From IMG/VR virus record IMGVR_UViG_3300037473_000391: DNA of 64,000 nt; one strand, given 5' to 3'. Shown in pieces: positions 62,755 to 64,000 of this stretch. The position numbers and the translations under genes were made by a program. The notes below the pieces were generated by a model that saw only the letters and a list, made by a program, of their open reading frames with translations, was not told the origin of the DNA and ran no database searches. The stretch is from a virus. Numbering within the stretch: position 1 is the stretch's first letter; each line of letters starts with the position of its first letter.

Positions 62755-62867
62755 CCCGCTACAGATCCGTAACCCGCCGAAACCATTGCGCGGCCCAACT
62801 GAACACATGCCCCAACTAGACCACCGAACCGCGAGCAGGAACGATTCCGCGCGAAAGGAGGGCGCTC

Positions 62868-63029
62868 ATGCCCAAAACAAGCGCTTGGCACTCGGTCAAG
62901 CAACCCCATCATCACGACAACACGAAATGTACTGAAGGCAATAACGTGGAGAAGGAGAACCGCCGCGAAGGCACAGGCGGTAAGCCGCTCTGCGTGCATT
63001 GCGCCCAGCTCGACCGTGATGGCAAGTGA
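62868..63029 (+). CDS. 53-aa protein (not in the ORF track)
   Basis: AAGGAGG lies 6 nt upstream of the ATG. Sequence MPKTSAWHSVKQPHHHDNTKCTEGNNVEKENRREGTGGKPLCVHCAQLDRDGK. Confidence 0.6.
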   Translation: MPKTSAWHSVKQPHHHDNTKCTEGNNVEKENRREGTGGKPLCVHCAQLDRDGK

Positions 63030-63031
63030 GC

Positions 63032-63379
63032 TCATGATGCTGCTCGCTTCTGCTCTTCGGAGTGGTAGCGCGCCGCAATAGGAAAGAGCTCCGGATCTGG
63101 TGGGGCATCACTGCTCCACCGTCCGTCTACAAGCCGATGTGCGACACGCGGTACCCACCGCAGCATGACGCCCTTCGCTATGGCGGCCTTCTCGAAGCAG
63201 AGTTCGCAGTACGCGCCATCAGCTCCGTGGCCAGTAATCTCGGTCCACAACTCAGGCGGCGCCCACCAAACGGCTCTCGGTTGACGTCCGCAGCACTCGC
63301 AGAACTCGACAAGTCGATCGCCAAACCCAAGCCGGCAGACGAAGAGCTTGAATAGTAACAGTGGACTGATGCGCCTCAT
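63032..63379 (-). CDS. hypothetical Cys-containing protein
   Basis: ATG at 63379 (ATGA overlap). CECCG...CELC. Confidence 0.45.
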   Translation of the reverse strand: MRRISPLLLFKLFVCRLGFGDRLVEFCECCGRQPRAVWWAPPELWTEITGHGADGAYCELCFEKAAIAKGVMLRWVPRVAHRLVDGRWSSDAPPDPELFPIAARYHSEEQKRAAS

Positions 63380-63570
63380 CGCGACTCCCCGTACTTTCGG
63401 GACCACTGTGCGTCCCATTGCTCGTCTGCCTCGGACAACGGCGGCAGCGTCACATCATGCAGCCAGTCACCGAGACGACGGAGCCCCAGTACCCACAGAA
63501 CCCCGCAAACCGGATGCCCAACGACGTCGTGCAGGATGACCCAAAGCGGGCGCGTAAACTTGGAGCCCAT
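63376..63570 (-). CDS. small hydrophobic protein
   Basis: ATG at 63570, or GTG at 63579. Confidence 0.4.
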   Translation of the reverse strand: MGSKFTRPLWVILHDVVGHPVCGVLWVLGLRRLGDWLHDVTLPPLSEADEQWDAQWSRKYGESR

Positions 63571-63890
63571 CACTCGCACCCCTCCGGGGTTCCTTGGAGG
63601 GTGTCGTGGGCGGAGGCCGCCTCGCGCGCAATCTCCACCGCTGCTTTGATTTGATCAGCAGTCGGCACCTCGCCCTCGCCATCAGTGAGGTGACTCACCT
63701 TGACGCCGAAGACGTTTGCGAGGCTCTGCAGCGTCTTGTGAGTCGGGTTCCCTTTCCCGTGCTCGATGTTCCAAATGCCGGCGCCCGCAAGCTTCGCGAT
63801 CTTTCCCAACGCGCGTGGGCTGAGACCCGCTAGCTCCCGTAGCTGCTTGATACGCTCTCCGGGCCCAATCGTTCCTGTCATGTTCACCAT
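63570..63890 (-). CDS. XRE-family HTH regulator (repressor/Cro-like)
   Basis: GERIKQLRELAGLSPRALGKIAKLAGAGIWNIEHGKGNPTHKTLQSLANVFGV. Possible starts are 63881, 63890 or a TTG at 63917. Confidence 0.75.
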   Translation of the reverse strand: MVNMTGTIGPGERIKQLRELAGLSPRALGKIAKLAGAGIWNIEHGKGNPTHKTLQSLANVFGVKVSHLTDGEGEVPTADQIKAAVEIAREAASAHDTLQGTPEGCE

Positions 63891-63939
63891 AGTGACACCG
63901 CTCACCAGAATGGTCAAGCCTAACCGCGTTCACTATGGT
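63886..63939. promoter_or_regulatory. 10-bp inverted repeat ACCATAGTGA ... TCACTATGGT
   Basis: The arms lie at 63886-63895 and 63930-63939 and bracket the 5' end of the XRE gene. Confidence 0.3.
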
Positions 63940-64000
63940 TGACCCGTGCGTTACCATCACTTTGATGAACACGTGGGATACGCTCGCCAAGCGGGTCGCG

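Noticed and set aside
1-64000. Diversity-generating retroelement, retron or another reverse-transcriptase-based system acting on the repeat-rich fibre genes.
   Set aside because: No ORF shows reverse-transcriptase motifs (YxDD). I found no template/variable repeat pair.
1-64000. Prophage/host junctions, or host genes at either edge.
   Set aside because: Every gene I can interpret is phage-like, right up to both edges. No full tRNA gene is adjacent to int, and I saw no duplicated att core in the window.

Overview
This window is wall-to-wall tailed-phage DNA from a high-GC host (GC judged by eye, not computed). I recognised no host genes, so it is either a free temperate-phage genome or the interior of a prophage longer than 64 kb.

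I call about 100 protein genes. Nearly all are on the minus strand and are chained by 1-nt or 4-nt start/stop overlaps (ATGA, GTGA, TTGA). The exceptions are a short plus-strand operon at the left edge (32-4180) and four minus-strand tRNA genes (4225-4604).

Gene order on the minus strand, reading right to left:
- an XRE repressor-like gene and small moron genes;
- a tyrosine integrase with a tRNA-Thr 3' half embedded in its coding sequence (Mx8-style attP inside int);
- a T5orf172 protein, an HNH endonuclease, two C5-methylase-like genes, a Dam methylase, RuvC, a DUF559 nuclease, a DnaC-like ATPase, a MazG-like protein and endonuclease VII;
- many small early ORFs;
- small and large terminase, a Mu-like portal, a ClpP-type protease/scaffold, a DUF2190 protein, the major capsid and connectors;
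- sheath, tube and chaperones, then an antirepressor moron, then the tape measure;
- Mu-type baseplate genes, a 1134-aa fibre and a glycosyltransferase;
- about 5 kb of unknown genes;
- a lysis cassette (amidase) followed by a CheY-like receiver protein.

Every family name rests on motifs I recognise in the translated ORFs. No database search or RNA folding was run. Many starts were re-set from the ORF track using overlap junctions and Shine-Dalgarno (SD) sites.
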